The notes under the pieces were generated by a model. It had not been told where the DNA came from, made no database searches, and worked only from the letters and a program-made list of their open reading frames with translations. Below, piece after piece: positions 62,991-64,000 of a stretch of 64,000 nucleotides of DNA. The number at the start of each line of letters is the position of its first letter. Position 1 is the stretch's first letter. The DNA lies in contig NC_068997.1 in NCBI RefSeq assembly GCF_001194135.2, forward strand, positions 8,885,578 to 8,949,577, written 5' to 3'. The position numbers were made by a program, and so were the translations under genes. Origin of the DNA: Octopus bimaculoides. Its lineage: Eukaryota.

Positions 62991-63549
62991 ATAAATGGCT
63001 GCTTCTGATAGGACCATAAGGAGGAGGTGCCTGTGGATTTTACCCCCTCAACAATCCTGCCAGAAGTAGTGGGTGGAGAGGATGAATGGATATAGTTTCT
63101 TATTTAATGATTTTTTTTTTTTTCAATTAGAATAAAGACTTGTATGCTGAGGGTGCTGCTATATCCTGTCACTGAATGCAGGAGATGATATCTCAACAAG
63201 CAGCTCTATAAGTGTCTTGGTACCTTCCACCACAAGGGGTAAAAAAATTAAATATACGATATAAAAATAAAGTAGAAGGAAGTAGTTACTTCTTGATTTT
63301 TTTTTCTTATTATTATGATTTATGTTCAATAAGTCTACAAATTTAGACTCTAGCAAATGCACCACAGTTCCATGGTCTTCTTTCTCATCTTCATTGTAAT
63401 AGTTATTGTTGGTATTGTGGCTACCACTGTTGTCATATTATAGTTTCATTGTATAGATGTTAGAATCCTTGCCAGCATGGAAGAGGAAACATTAAATGAT
63501 GATGATGAATCCTTATCTACACCATCTTGATCTTGGTCCATCTCATCTG

Positions 63550-63772
63550 TATGAGGGGGTGCTGAAAAGTTCCTGGCTTTCGGTAAAAGAAAATACAGGA
63601 GGCTCAGTTAATTATGATTTTATTCAACATATTCCCATTTTGAATTCACACACTTATTGCAGCAGTCCTTCAGTTTTTCTAAGCCCTGTAAAAAAGAACT
63701 TGGAAGGCTGGGCTTCCAACTAGGCCTTTCGTGATACCCTTAAGGCTGGGAACTTTTCAGCACCCCCTTGTA
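63550..63772. mobile_element. Mariner-type MITE
   Basis: TA-flanked TIRs TGAGGGGGTGCTGAAAAGTTCC / GGAACTTTTCAGCACCCCCTTG. Confidence 0.9.
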
Positions 63773-63859
63773 TAACTCAAAATTCTCAAATGCAATCACA
63801 CTGCATTTTCCTAAAGCTTCTATGGACTTTTGCTACCCAGGTCTTTTATCTCAGTGCAG

Positions 63860-64000
63860 GTATGTATGTATGGTTAAGAAGCTTTTTCCCAATTATGTAG
63901 CGTCGGTTCATTCCTCCTGCATGGCACCTTGGACAAGTGGCTTCTACTCTAGTCCTGGGTTGACCAAGGCCTTGTGAGTGGATTTGGCTGATAGAAACTC
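63860..64000 (+). mobile_element. Family-A SINE 5' part (runs off the window)
   Basis: tggttaagaagc...gcatggcaccttggacaagtggcttctact...ccttgtgagtggatttgg. Confidence 0.8.

Overview
AT-rich eukaryotic genomic DNA, most likely an octopod cephalopod (inferred from the SINE/MITE families and microsatellite load), with six N-gaps. Two protein-coding genes, both on the minus strand, are well supported. (1) Mitochondrial poly(A) polymerase MTPAP has 7 coding exons: complement join 16050-16134, 11914-12320, 9818-10030, 8707-8924, 7665-7885, 5654-5710, 3677-3987. All junctions are GT-AG and phase-consistent, giving about 503 aa with an N-terminal mitochondrial presequence. (2) A large dispersed C2H2 zinc-finger gene (~2160 aa, 32 fingers by manual count, PLDLS CtBP motif) lies almost entirely in one ~6.5 kb exon (29705-36197) plus a short terminal exon near 26189-26245; its 5' UTR exons and promoter probably lie near 50-52.7 kb. 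The remainder is introns and intergenic DNA filled with three tRNA/RTE-tailed SINE families, piggyBac, hAT and Tc1/mariner MITEs, and decayed Penelope, R4/Dong, RTE, CR1-like and mariner fragments. The most interesting observations are three minimal hammerhead-ribozyme-like motifs in Penelope-type terminal repeats (one with an unusual CUGUUGA core), a block of tandem pre-miRNA-sized hairpins at 44.8-45.1 kb, uORFs overlapping both start codons, an inverted SINE pair beside an MTPAP splice acceptor, and an (AAT)n-targeted retroelement cluster. I found no firm evidence for a wholly new multi-gene system; the candidates are non-coding and need computational or experimental tests.
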